IMG/VR virus record: IMGVR_UViG_3300028601_000021
Coordinates: 1 to 64,000 of that record
Source: a virus
Taxonomy: Duplodnaviria; Caudoviricetes
DNA: 64,000 nucleotides
Direction: 5' to 3' (one strand)
Positions 29,105 to 39,607 of this stretch are shown in pieces; the first letter of the stretch is position 1; the number at the start of each line of letters is the position of its first letter. The translations under genes were made by a program, and so were the position numbers. The notes below the pieces were generated by a model. That model was given only the letters and a program-made list of their open reading frames with translations, made no database searches and had not been told where the DNA came from.

Positions 29105-31189
29105 TTACTTAAGTTCAGTGGTATAAGAAGTCAGTACCACGTCAAAATCAGGTGCTACTTCATTATTACCATCCTGAGGATACACGATCTGAGGAGCAGC
29201 AGTAACGATCTGCTGTACCACTACCTGTTCGTAAGGAGTCAGTGTAAGAGTGAATCCAGTAGCAGGTACTTCCATATCACCATGGATAGGATAGGTAATC
29301 TGAGGAGTACCGGTATACGTGGTAGCTTCATCGTTAGTCACCAATACGGTGATCACCTTAGCTACAGCAGACTTTTCATCCAGAGCATCGATAGCTTCGA
29401 TAGAGAAACTATAAGTGGTATTGATAGCTACCGTAGGTACGGTTACAGTCACGATATCGGTACTGAGGATGTTGGACATCTTACTGAATGTCAATCCTAC
29501 GTTACCAACGATGTTGTACTTCAGAGAACTACGTTCAGCATCGTCACCACCATAGATCTGCATCAACATCGAAGATCCACCAGCGATGTTATTCGGCATA
29601 GTAGTGTAAATGCTATTAGGTGTGGGTAACGAGTTAATACGAACATTAGCCGTGTACTCAGAACTAGCACCATGAGCATCTACTGCAGTAATAGTGATCG
29701 GGAATGTCGTACCACGCTGAGGATTGTTGGTATCAGCAAACATAAGCACACTTTCGTTATGTGCGATACCACTAGTCTTAGCGAAAGTGATAGGACTACC
29801 TTCAGGAGAAGCTACACTGTAAGTGATAGCGCTACCATCAGAAGAAGTGGCGCCATTGAACTTCACCGCATAAGTACTACCGGGCTTCACCAAAGTAGGT
29901 ACAGTGTGGGTAAAGGCGCTCATATCAGGCAAGATATTCACAGTGAAGCCAGTGTATTCTTTCTCACGGAAAGTACCTACGCTGTCATAGGCCTTAACCT
30001 TAAAAGTATATACATGACCACGAGCAGCATCACCAGGTACAGCAACTGTAAACTCTTCATTTTCAGTAATACTGTCCACCTTACTGAAAACCAATCCACA
30101 ACCCATATCGTCAATAACATAAGTAATGACCTGACCATCGATATCGGTGGCACCAGAAATCTTTACTGTGTAGAAATGATTAGGTTCTACCATCATCGGG
30201 AGATTAATCAGCATGTTATCGATTACAGGGAGACTATTGATCTTGGTGACCATGACCTTAGTGTTAACAGCTTCCGATACTGCATACTTGGCAGTAATAG
30301 TAAACTGCTTAATAGCACCAGGCATAGCATCTGCAGGTACCAATACTTCAAGTTCTTCACCGAGTACGATACCTTCAGTCTTACTGAATACAAATCCACT
30401 GAGATGGGGTTTGATTTCAAAAGAAAGAGTCTCACCATCGATGACAGGTACATTTTCAATAGTGAAAGTGTAGGTCTGATCTACAGCTACGATCATAGGG
30501 ATACTACAAACCATAGCAGACAGATCAATACCGTCAGTAAGTGTACCGCCACCATTAGCCTTCAGTGATTCTACTTCTAATTCAGCAGCCACCAAACGAC
30601 TACTGAGATCGGCTAATGTAGTCACATGAGTACCAAGAAGAGTGGTGTTCTGTCCTACTGCGACCTGTAGGGCAGCGATATCATTCTTATTGATCTGAAC
30701 CTGAACATCAGTAGCAGCCAGACCATCTTCCAAATCCTGAATAGCACCACTGATACTACCGCTACCCATACCGAGGGATTCGTATACGGAATCCAGATTA
30801 CTGATATTCTCAGAGTTCTCACGTACGATCTGAAATTCAGTACTAAGAGCGGTGATCAAGTTCCTGACATCAGGGTGAGCCTGATTGTTAGTGTTGTGCT
30901 GTTCGATACCAGCTGTACCAGCAGACAGAGCTGTGATAGCAGCACGGATATCAGCATGTGCGGATACAGATACATTGTGATTAGAAATAGCGGTACTGAG
31001 ATTAGTCGGAGATACAGCAGTGATATTCTGGATCATCTGCTGAATGTAAAGATGAGCTCCTTCATCAGAGTTGTGGTTGGATACCAATTCGGACTGTTGT
31101 TCAAGTTTTACAGAGGTAGCAGTGATTTTATCAGCTGCCAATTGCAGCTGCTCTAATACTAACTGATGACTGGTTAAAGTATCGGACAT
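29105..31189 (-). CDS. Fibre/stalk protein: His-motif coiled coil + four Ig/cadherin-like repeats + two C-terminal PQIxYP peptides
   Basis: HNxxxxAH x3, coiled coil, ~100-aa repeats (N.LP...P..V.PG..Y...GA.D.DG..I.Y...L.FSK...I), duplicated C-terminal motif. Confidence 0.75.
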   Translation of the reverse strand: MSDTLTSHQLVLEQLQLAADKITATSVKLEQQSELVSNHNSDEGAHLYIQQMIQNITAVSPTNLSTAISNHNVSVSAHADIRAAITALSAGTAGIEQHNTNNQAHPDVRNLITALSTEFQIVRENSENISNLDSVYESLGMGSGSISGAIQDLEDGLAATDVQVQINKNDIAALQVAVGQNTTLLGTHVTTLADLSSRLVAAELEVESLKANGGGTLTDGIDLSAMVCSIPMIVAVDQTYTFTIENVPVIDGETLSFEIKPHLSGFVFSKTEGIVLGEELEVLVPADAMPGAIKQFTITAKYAVSEAVNTKVMVTKINSLPVIDNMLINLPMMVEPNHFYTVKISGATDIDGQVITYVIDDMGCGLVFSKVDSITENEEFTVAVPGDAARGHVYTFKVKAYDSVGTFREKEYTGFTVNILPDMSAFTHTVPTLVKPGSTYAVKFNGATSSDGSAITYSVASPEGSPITFAKTSGIAHNESVLMFADTNNPQRGTTFPITITAVDAHGASSEYTANVRINSLPTPNSIYTTMPNNIAGGSSMLMQIYGGDDAERSSLKYNIVGNVGLTFSKMSNILSTDIVTVTVPTVAINTTYSFSIEAIDALDEKSAVAKVITVLVTNDEATTYTGTPQITYPIHGDMEVPATGFTLTLTPYEQVVVQQIVTAAPQIVYPQDGNNEVAPDFDVVLTSYTTELK

Positions 31190-31350
31190 TATAAAGCTCC
31201 TATTAAATATGGTTGAGGGTTTCTCTATATAAAAGTCATATCGTGATACAGGTCAACTCCATATATACTAATGGTACAAATATACATATACAAAAGACCG
31301 ATTTAATATACTCAGTATTATGTATTCCCACTCGATATAGGAGATCAAAT

Positions 31351-32700
31351 ATGCTCATGGAGAATTTCAAGTCAGTGATCGGTTACGTACCTTATGTCAA
31401 TACCGGTACTATTTTAGATGTAGCTACAGGTAAGTTTCAGCCTGGTGTAAATGGTAGATGGGTATTGAACGGTGGATTGGGTCTTATCACTGGAGTAAGT
31501 GGTAGAGCTCAGACTTATAAATCAGGTATAGCTGGTAGTCTAATGGCTAGAGCACTCTATCATTATAAAGAGACTGAAGCTACTGTGTACGAAACTGAGT
31601 TCACTATTCAGGACTCTAGTCGTTATGATGATTTCGTACCTGAGAAAGTAAGTGATCGCATTATCTTTAATAATAGAGCTACTATGAATCTAGGTGATTT
31701 CTATGATCATCTTAAAGAAATAGGTGAATTGAAATTAAAGAATAAAAAGGATATGACTGTAGATAGTCCTTTTATCGATCCTAAGACCATGAAACCTTAC
31801 CGTATCTGGATACCTACTTTTGCTATGTGCGATAGCTGGTCTAAGGCAGGTAGTGGTAAAGAAGATGAAATGTACAATAGTAAAGCTAGGATGGACGATT
31901 CCTCCATGAATACTTTGTACATGCAGGAAGGTGGAGTAAAGACTCGTATCTTGAGAGCGCTACCTACTCTGGCTGCTAAATATGGTATCCACGTCATCTT
32001 GACTGCTCATGTCGGTAATAAGATCGATATGGATATGTACAATAAAGCTCCTAAGCAGCTGCAGTACATGAAAGGTAATGATAAGATGAAGAACGTCGGT
32101 AGTGAATTTGAATTCCTCACTACTGCACTTATTCAGACTGCCGGTGTAGCTCCTCTTCATGCTAGTGATAAGAAATCCACTATGTTCCCTTTCATCCATA
32201 GTACTTTGAATGAAGTCAATGAAGTCACTGGTGTGATGTTGCGTGGTAAGAACAATGCCAGCGGTGTAGCTGTACCTTACGTAGTATCTCAATACCAAGG
32301 TATATTGAATGATGTCACTAATTTCTATCTTTGTAGAAAGAATGGTGACTTCGGTTTGAAAGCTAGTGGTCGTAGTGATTATACTCCTGTTATCGGAGAG
32401 CACAAGTCTATCAATAGATTGAATCTTCGTGATCGCACCAGTAAAGAGAAAGAACTCTGTAGGGCATTGGAAATCATGGCCCATATCTGCTATATCCAGA
32501 ACTACTGGAGCCTCTTTAATGTCGAAGAGTGGGTACGTACTCCCATCGAAACTGTAGGTGAGGTATTGTCCAATACCACCAACCCTACCGTATCTGACAT
32601 CCTCAATAGTACAGGTGTTTGGGGATATGGTAAACAGGATAAGACTTACATGAGTGCCTTCGATGTACTGGAATTGGTATCTAAGATAAAGAAGAAATAA
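31351..32700 (+). CDS. uvsX: UvsX/RecA-like recombinase (phiKZ-like)
   Basis: NTGTILD, Walker A-like GRAQTYKS, YETE, Walker B-like MCDSWS, TAHVG, LRGKNNASG; ATG at 31351 after AGGAG. Confidence 0.82.
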   Translation: MLMENFKSVIGYVPYVNTGTILDVATGKFQPGVNGRWVLNGGLGLITGVSGRAQTYKSGIAGSLMARALYHYKETEATVYETEFTIQDSSRYDDFVPEKVSDRIIFNNRATMNLGDFYDHLKEIGELKLKNKKDMTVDSPFIDPKTMKPYRIWIPTFAMCDSWSKAGSGKEDEMYNSKARMDDSSMNTLYMQEGGVKTRILRALPTLAAKYGIHVILTAHVGNKIDMDMYNKAPKQLQYMKGNDKMKNVGSEFEFLTTALIQTAGVAPLHASDKKSTMFPFIHSTLNEVNEVTGVMLRGKNNASGVAVPYVVSQYQGILNDVTNFYLCRKNGDFGLKASGRSDYTPVIGEHKSINRLNLRDRTSKEKELCRALEIMAHICYIQNYWSLFNVEEWVRTPIETVGEVLSNTTNPTVSDILNSTGVWGYGKQDKTYMSAFDVLELVSKIKKK

Positions 32701-32774
32701 ATAGCGTATATAACTCTCTAGAGATACCCAGAAATGGGTATCTCTAGAGCACATGCTATAATGTAGGGATAATC

Positions 32775-33263
32775 TTATGGTTTTATATAGCTGGGATAGA
32801 TACAGTTAGTGTCTTTAATGAACCCTGCTCTTTCCAATACATGGATAGAGAATTCATCAGGATACTGAGCTTCCCAAACTATCCTTTTAGCTTTCACACC
32901 GATGAGTAATTTCATGCAATTGATACAAGGTGAACAGGTGCAGTACAAAGTACATCCGGCCATACTGACACCATGGATAGCTGACTGAAGAATAGTGTTA
33001 GCTTCAGCGTGAAGAGCATAACACTTATCCAACATTTCCCCACTGGGTATAGAAAGCTTAGTACGAATACAGCTTTCTTTATCACAATGTTCCATACCGC
33101 TAGGTGCACCATTGTAACCAGTAGCTAGGACTCTTCCGTCTTTTACAGCTACAGCACCTACCTGTCTACGGATACAAGTGGAGCGCATCTTGGCCAGATT
33201 AGCCATATTCATGAAATACTCGTCGAAAGACATACGTTTTTGCATAAATACCTCTATATACAA
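32775..33263 (-). CDS. dCMP deaminase (ComEB-like)
   Basis: RSTCIRRQVGAV, TGYNG, HAEAN, PCINC. Confidence 0.93.
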   Translation of the reverse strand: MYIEVFMQKRMSFDEYFMNMANLAKMRSTCIRRQVGAVAVKDGRVLATGYNGAPSGMEHCDKESCIRTKLSIPSGEMLDKCYALHAEANTILQSAIHGVSMAGCTLYCTCSPCINCMKLLIGVKAKRIVWEAQYPDEFSIHVLERAGFIKDTNCIYPSYIKP

Positions 33264-33330
33264 ATGATTAAAAAGTATATAGTAGTTTGAAAAGATAAAT
33301 ATTTAAGTATCACCTAAGGAGTGGCTGGAT

Positions 33331-34344
33331 ATGCCCATAGATGATTATAATGCCAATCAAGGTAGAGTAGAGGGGTGGCAGCATATCACCACCACAGGTG
33401 GTCATGCTCAGATAACAGAAACCTTTATCAATGACGTAGCTGGGATATTAGAGAACTTAACTACTACTGGTAATATCGGTAGGTTCTTTGCTATCCAAGA
33501 AATGTTAATGGATCACATCTCTGATAAAGAACATGCTCCTCATGGATTCAATATCTCTTATTTTAAAGATGAGTTAATTCGTGAGTTGTATAAGGCTTAT
33601 AAGTTAAATGGTGGAGCTGGTGATATAGTCGATATGTATAAAGCTATCTTTCAAGCTATACCTATCGTCACTCATGCAGAAGCAGTGAAAGGTGAAGAAG
33701 ATACTAAAGCCGTCAATGCTCCTAAATTCCAATTACTGTTTAGAAAACATAGTAAGGATTTCGAGAGCCATTATGGTGCTTTAAAGTCTTTTATGTCCGA
33801 TGCTGCCTTTAACCACACACCTACTATTTCTTTATTATCCAGATATATCGACAATGAGTTCTATCAAGAGTATTTCCAACCTGATGGTACTTTTATCTAT
33901 ATGGTAAAGGAACAAGAATGGAATCCTTTTGCTGGTACAATCGTAGTAGCTTTTACTCATGTAGAAGTCACTACTAAGCAGATATTAATTGATATGCGTG
34001 GTGGCACTAAACGCTATCGCGTATATATCGATACCGACAACCACCTTTACGTAAGTAGAGTAGGTTTTGGTGAAGCTTTAGAAACAGTGATCTTTGATTT
34101 TCCTTTAGAGTTACCTACTGGTGGTAATAAGAAATTAGTCATAGCTTATAATCGTAATAAGATCATGGCTCGATACTCTATCGGAGATATGTTGTCTATG
34201 GTTACCAAGGCTGATATAAATGCGACTATCGTACATATACCAGCACCATTTCATGCCACTGAAGGTAAATGTAGGATAAGAGAATTTATCTACTACCCTG
34301 TCTGTGCTGAAAGTGAAGATGAAATGATCTTTTTATTAAATTAA
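33331..34344 (+). CDS. Virion fibre-associated protein, paralogous architecture to 34361..36091
   Basis: H...HAPH motif, LY..Y...G..G helix, GTIVV and IREFIYYP LamG-like ends. Confidence 0.6.
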   Translation: MPIDDYNANQGRVEGWQHITTTGGHAQITETFINDVAGILENLTTTGNIGRFFAIQEMLMDHISDKEHAPHGFNISYFKDELIRELYKAYKLNGGAGDIVDMYKAIFQAIPIVTHAEAVKGEEDTKAVNAPKFQLLFRKHSKDFESHYGALKSFMSDAAFNHTPTISLLSRYIDNEFYQEYFQPDGTFIYMVKEQEWNPFAGTIVVAFTHVEVTTKQILIDMRGGTKRYRVYIDTDNHLYVSRVGFGEALETVIFDFPLELPTGGNKKLVIAYNRNKIMARYSIGDMLSMVTKADINATIVHIPAPFHATEGKCRIREFIYYPVCAESEDEMIFLLN

Positions 34345-34360
34345 TAGGGGAAATACGAAT

Positions 34361-36091
34361 ATGATTTCCAGACAACAAGAATCCAGAGATATAGATCCTG
34401 GTGAAGTAGTCACTGCTATAATGTCTGGTTGGGGTGGTGGTTACCATACTAGTTCTAATACCCCAGAAGGACGTAAACCAGTACCACTCTCTGCTGCTGA
34501 GATTATCAATAGATTACGTGAATTAGAAGCTCTCTGTAACAAATCAGTAGTAGACTTTCTTACACGTACAGTAGCTAACCATGTAAGGGATAATAAGAAT
34601 CCTCATAATACAGATCTTACTCAGTTTAATACTGAGATCATGCATCTGTTATATGAGTTATATTTGGAACAAGGAAATACTGGTACCTTTGAATTCTTCT
34701 ATAAGGAATTATTCCAGGTATTTCAGATAGCTGGTATCACTGATTTACGTGACGGTATGGATGAGACCATGTTGGCTACTATCGCTGTAGTCAAGAAATA
34801 CATCAGTGAGCACAACCGTAGTCTATCGGCCCATAGTGCATTATTCGAGAGATTAATTCCTGGAGTTCCGGTACTTGCAGACCCTACTTTTTCTATGTCT
34901 GCTAATTTCCAGTTTCCGGCATTGTATCAATCTCCTTTATTGGATAGATGGAATTACATAGGTAGAGATGGATTCTTGTATGAGAATACCAACAATACCT
35001 TACCTATCGATTATACCTTTGGTGAACCGATGGTACCTATCTTTGAAGATAGAGAGAACTTGTGTATCTTTAGTAATGATTTATCAAGAGCTAGCTGGGT
35101 ACGCAATAAGCTTTTAATCGGTAGTACCAATGGTTTCTCTTTAGATAAGTTAAATCGTGGTACCACTGTAGTGGAAACTACGGATTATAGTACCCACGAA
35201 CATAAAGCCGTATTAAAAGATCTTGAGATAGAAGAAGATACTACTTACACAGCTAGTGTGGTATTTCTACCTGAAGAAGCTAAGTACTTTGCTATTCGTG
35301 TCAAAGGTACTACTTTCAGTCCTACTGATATAGCTTATTTTAATGTAGAAAAAGGTACTGGTATCGTAGGTAGTACCGATGGTAGATTTAAAGCCGATAT
35401 CGTAAAGTTACACAGTGGTGCTTGTCGTATGAGTATCACTTGGCGTAATACCAATAGTACTCTTACTGATATCGAATTTATACCTTATATCGATAGTGGT
35501 GAAGGTATGTCTTATCGTGGTAGAGGTAGAGTATTGGGTACTATCTCTGGTGTGCAGGTAGAAAAGGGAGATGGGATGTCTCCTATCATCCACACTAGTG
35601 GAGTAAAGACACTTAGACGTGGTGTAGCCATTAGTGTACCTCTCGATAGTCGATTCGATATGGACAAAGGTACTATCGTAATCGAATATAGAGCTCCTTT
35701 ACCTTTTGATGACGATCACATTAATACTCTTTACGCTATCAGAGATACTGAAGGTAAGATGGTTTGTTCTGCTGAGTATAGAGAACCTTCTGCTTTGATG
35801 TTTTCTTTGTTTGATGTATTCGGTAGTATGATTTGGGATTACCCATTAGAGAATGGAACTACTCGTAGACGTACTGTGGTGCAGATGTATAGTGATCTGA
35901 CACAGATAGTAGCTGCTACAGGTATAGTACCGAAATCTACTAATACTATCGGTGTACGATTTAAGGCAGGAAATGTCCTGGATATCGGTCATAATAATGG
36001 GCTGAATTATCTGAATGGATACGTATCAAAGGTATGGTACTACCCCACTGAATTGACTGCTAATAACGTAGCATTCTTAGCTGGAGAATAA
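34361..36091 (+). CDS. Virion fibre/spike protein with NPH motif, RxNL carbohydrate-binding-like domain and LamG-like C-terminus
   Basis: HVRDNKNPH; RENLCIFSNDL...W; VQVEKG; IGHNN..YLNGYVSKVWYYP. Confidence 0.7.
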   Translation: MISRQQESRDIDPGEVVTAIMSGWGGGYHTSSNTPEGRKPVPLSAAEIINRLRELEALCNKSVVDFLTRTVANHVRDNKNPHNTDLTQFNTEIMHLLYELYLEQGNTGTFEFFYKELFQVFQIAGITDLRDGMDETMLATIAVVKKYISEHNRSLSAHSALFERLIPGVPVLADPTFSMSANFQFPALYQSPLLDRWNYIGRDGFLYENTNNTLPIDYTFGEPMVPIFEDRENLCIFSNDLSRASWVRNKLLIGSTNGFSLDKLNRGTTVVETTDYSTHEHKAVLKDLEIEEDTTYTASVVFLPEEAKYFAIRVKGTTFSPTDIAYFNVEKGTGIVGSTDGRFKADIVKLHSGACRMSITWRNTNSTLTDIEFIPYIDSGEGMSYRGRGRVLGTISGVQVEKGDGMSPIIHTSGVKTLRRGVAISVPLDSRFDMDKGTIVIEYRAPLPFDDDHINTLYAIRDTEGKMVCSAEYREPSALMFSLFDVFGSMIWDYPLENGTTRRRTVVQMYSDLTQIVAATGIVPKSTNTIGVRFKAGNVLDIGHNNGLNYLNGYVSKVWYYPTELTANNVAFLAGE

Positions 36092-36102
36092 CGGAGACTA
36101 TT

Positions 36103-37296
36103 ATGGATATGGTGTATAAACATATCAGTACTGTTACTATCTCCAGTACTGAATGGGTAGCTTTAGGTACCTCTGATATTAGCTGGAACTTATCCAGTAT
36201 CGGTGGTGTACCTATTCAGATAGTAGAATTACCAGCTGACACTACTCCCACTGCGGAGACTAAATGTATGTTCACCTTAGGTGGACTTATCAATAACCTA
36301 GTCAGTAAGATAGGTAAACAGCTGTGGGCTAAGGTCGCTGAAGGTGAAGGAACTGTTACTTATTTTGATAATAGCTTGGATGGCTTCGAGCCTATCACTG
36401 AGCTTCGTGCTTCTATCATAGGTTTGAATAAAGAAGTGATTAAGCTTACCACTAGAGCTACTAGACTTGAACTGGACAATAACAGTAATAAGTCTAGATT
36501 GACTTCGGTGGAGAAAGCTGTCGCTAGTATCCAGGGTATCGTAGGTAACGTCATAGCTGATCTGGTAAGTATCCGAGTAGATACCACTATCACCAGATTG
36601 AATATGAAGAATGACTTACGTAGTGATCTCAATAAATTTGAGATTGATATGCTCAATAAGTTACGTACCTACTTTAATCAGTATGAAGATGATGTAGTTA
36701 CTTTAGATCGTACTGTAGCTACTTTATCCACTGCTATGAATGCAATGGTTAACGCACCTAATGAGAATGTAATTTTGATGTCCTATGCTAGTATGTTGGT
36801 GGGATGTCAGGATAGTGCTGCGTTGGTGACATTGTTGAATACTATTAAAGATATGTCCCTGTTTATCTTGGCTGCTAAGAATCAGGAACTCGTTATCTCT
36901 AATATCCATCACGACATCGCACTCAATACTGCGGATATCAATATCCTGAAAGAAGAGTTGGGTATCGGTGAAGGTTACTGGTCGTATACCGAAACTACAG
37001 GTAGAATAGCTTTGTATTGGGATTCTATGACTAAGATCTCTGAAGCTACTACTGAAGAAGAAGTAGCTACTGTATACGACGATATTATCAACGATCCTGA
37101 ATTCGATCCTACTATGACTCCTGTCATTACTGTACTTAGAGATATGATGACTTTTATCATACAGTCTAATACTGTAAATGCTGCTCAGGATGAACAAATA
37201 GATGAAATTGAGGACTATATTGATAATCCTGTAGTCGGTGCTGGATTAAATAGTGATGATCTATTCAATCTCCTCGGTACTCCTGAAGAAAGTTAA
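36103..37296 (+). CDS. Coiled-coil virion protein
   Basis: 397 aa, long heptad region, coupled to upstream fibre genes. Confidence 0.6.
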   Translation: MDMVYKHISTVTISSTEWVALGTSDISWNLSSIGGVPIQIVELPADTTPTAETKCMFTLGGLINNLVSKIGKQLWAKVAEGEGTVTYFDNSLDGFEPITELRASIIGLNKEVIKLTTRATRLELDNNSNKSRLTSVEKAVASIQGIVGNVIADLVSIRVDTTITRLNMKNDLRSDLNKFEIDMLNKLRTYFNQYEDDVVTLDRTVATLSTAMNAMVNAPNENVILMSYASMLVGCQDSAALVTLLNTIKDMSLFILAAKNQELVISNIHHDIALNTADINILKEELGIGEGYWSYTETTGRIALYWDSMTKISEATTEEEVATVYDDIINDPEFDPTMTPVITVLRDMMTFIIQSNTVNAAQDEQIDEIEDYIDNPVVGAGLNSDDLFNLLGTPEES

Positions 37297-37307
37297 GTTT
37301 ATATCGT

Positions 37308-37348
37308 ATATACTACCGTAGTACCAATTAGGTACTACGGTAGTATAT
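37308..37348. repeat. Dispersed palindrome, ATATACTACCGTAGTAC family, copy 2
   Basis: ATATACTACCGTAGTACC-aatta-GGTACTACGGTAGTATAT. Confidence 0.85.
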
Positions 37349-37356
37349 GTGTATCT

Positions 37357-38301
37357 TTATTTCACTGCACTAGTAAGAGACTTCACGACCAATAAGTAGT
37401 TGTGTTCGGTACGATGTAAGTCCTGTACACAACTAGCATGGATAGAAATGATAGTAGCCAGTACCCTAGCGGTATCCGCTAAATACTTTAAACTAAATCT
37501 ATCGATGGAGATATCTTTTTGATTTTCTAAAGCACTTTGAATCTTATCAAAGTTATCTTCGACGTCTTTGATGTAGCTATGCACCTTACTTAATTCGATA
37601 TAGTACTTCTCCATCTCTAGTAGCTTATCGCCGCTATTCTTAAACTCTTCCATAGACATGAATAGAGTAGAGAACTTTGCATCACCTGTACGTTGATCCG
37701 TATAGACTTTACCTACGTTCTCGTATTCTATCTTAATACGTTTAAGTTCTTGATTACTTAAGTTTAAGTTATCCGGAGCTACGACCTTTACTACTTTCTT
37801 ATTAGTATGTAATTCTTTTAATAACCTACCAGAAAAGTGGGTCATACCCCTAGCCTTGCTCAGGATATTTACGACTAATAAGCAAGAGTTTAATGCCCGT
37901 ATACCGTCCTTATAAGTGCCCTTAAGACCTCTTGGGAAAGGAACTAAGATATTCTTCACTTCACTATATTTCAATCTCATCACTCTACCATAGGTAAAGA
38001 CATTAGATTCATTATAGTAACGTAATTCACTTCTTTTGAAATCTCTATAAGATACAAATAAAGTACGAAAGTTATAGAGGACGTGAGAAATGATATTACC
38101 GATACCATAGATGGTATTCTTAGTAAGAGTGATAAGTCCCTCATTACCAGCTAAATATCTTTCATCACATAGAAGTAGACCTAATCTATCACTATATTCT
38201 TTAGCACTAGAAGCCAATACATCTAAAGGTATATGGATAGGATCTTCTTCATTAAATAAAGGAATTTCTAAAATACTATTATGTAAATTTAATAGGGACA
38301 T
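37357..38301 (-). CDS. Probable internal head protein with prohead-protease site
   Basis: AGNE|G near residue 54 fits the phiKZ S/A/G-X-E cleavage rule; helical, basic mature part. Confidence 0.55.
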   Translation of the reverse strand: MSLLNLHNSILEIPLFNEEDPIHIPLDVLASSAKEYSDRLGLLLCDERYLAGNEGLITLTKNTIYGIGNIISHVLYNFRTLFVSYRDFKRSELRYYNESNVFTYGRVMRLKYSEVKNILVPFPRGLKGTYKDGIRALNSCLLVVNILSKARGMTHFSGRLLKELHTNKKVVKVVAPDNLNLSNQELKRIKIEYENVGKVYTDQRTGDAKFSTLFMSMEEFKNSGDKLLEMEKYYIELSKVHSYIKDVEDNFDKIQSALENQKDISIDRFSLKYLADTARVLATIISIHASCVQDLHRTEHNYLLVVKSLTSAVK

Positions 38302-38421
38302 ATATACACTTCTCCTTACCGTACGTATATGAATATTTTACCGTAGTCTTACTATATGGTGGTATAGACTAATAGTATTACTACCGCATCTCTACGGTAG
38401 TAATACTATTAAGTAGTTTAT

Positions 38422-39471
38422 CTATCCTACGAATCCATATAAATGATATTTACTTAGGAGTGCAGAATTACCCTTAGCTGTATCTTGAGCTTTCAAGATA
38501 TGCTTAAGTTTCTGTAATCCAGAGTTATACCAGGGGTCCATATCCGGTAACCAGAAGTTCTTAAGTTTAGTAGGATCAAGATAAAGAGTCTTTATTTCAA
38601 TAACATCATTATTGAACTCTTTAAATACCTTGACTTGTTTGCTATCCCTTTTCACTAATCTACCACTAATACATATACAATCAGGTCCTTTGTTCTCGAT
38701 AGAAATCAATAACCCAGGGCGTACATTAAATCTATTACGGAGATAATGAGCATCCTTTCTAAGTGCCTCATAAAAAGCACTAATGTTCAACATAGGTTTA
38801 TGCGATATATCCTGATTGAGATTTTGTAAAATATCCACATCGCTATCTTTCAATACTACTTTATGCCAGTGTTTAATCAACAGAGGATACATGGCCATAT
38901 AGTCAGTGACTTTAGGGAGTACGATAGTAGCAGGGTGTGCCCAAGTATGCGTATCTCTCACGTATTCATCAGCTGCATCTGCGTCTGCTTCGATATCGAT
39001 GAGATAAGGCTTAATCTGATCCTTGACAGGATAGGTAGAGATATGTACTAATGAAAGAGATACGTAGTTTTTCTTTTTCTCTTCGTCATATTCGAACTCA
39101 TGTACTCTAAACATACCCACCACATAAGGATTACCATCTCCATAAATAGCACCTAAGATATGGAATCCAGGATGAATAGCGATCATAGCCTGATTGTGAT
39201 TATACTTATTACCAGGTTTAGCTACAACAATAGGAATACGAGTATGCATTCTATCATCCAAAATAGCGATACAGCAACCTTCTTTACCTACGCTACCGCC
39301 ACATTCCCACAAACTAAGAGTACTAGAATATCTATCCAGAGATACTTCTAATTTTAAAAGTACACTTCTGTCTTCTGCTTCTTTAAGGATATCATGCTCT
39401 GTGTTTGCGAATTCCAAAAGGAAAGAAGACATCCTACGAAGATTATTGTTTTTCTGAGATTTAAGAGCCAT
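38422..39471 (-). CDS. Hypothetical protein (349 aa)
   Basis: Long ORF, AGGAG RBS, bounded by hairpins at ~38371-38410 and ~39541-39576. Confidence 0.7.
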   Translation of the reverse strand: MALKSQKNNNLRRMSSFLLEFANTEHDILKEAEDRSVLLKLEVSLDRYSSTLSLWECGGSVGKEGCCIAILDDRMHTRIPIVVAKPGNKYNHNQAMIAIHPGFHILGAIYGDGNPYVVGMFRVHEFEYDEEKKKNYVSLSLVHISTYPVKDQIKPYLIDIEADADAADEYVRDTHTWAHPATIVLPKVTDYMAMYPLLIKHWHKVVLKDSDVDILQNLNQDISHKPMLNISAFYEALRKDAHYLRNRFNVRPGLLISIENKGPDCICISGRLVKRDSKQVKVFKEFNNDVIEIKTLYLDPTKLKNFWLPDMDPWYNSGLQKLKHILKAQDTAKGNSALLSKYHLYGFVG

Positions 39472-39607
39472 GGTCCTAGTACTCCTTTGTATAGGTCTTT
39501 ATTTCCCTATATGTATATCACCTAAACATAATTAAATAAACGATACAGAGGAGCCACCGAGGACTCCTCTGTATCGATATAGAGTCTAAGATAATAGCTA
39601 AGATTAG

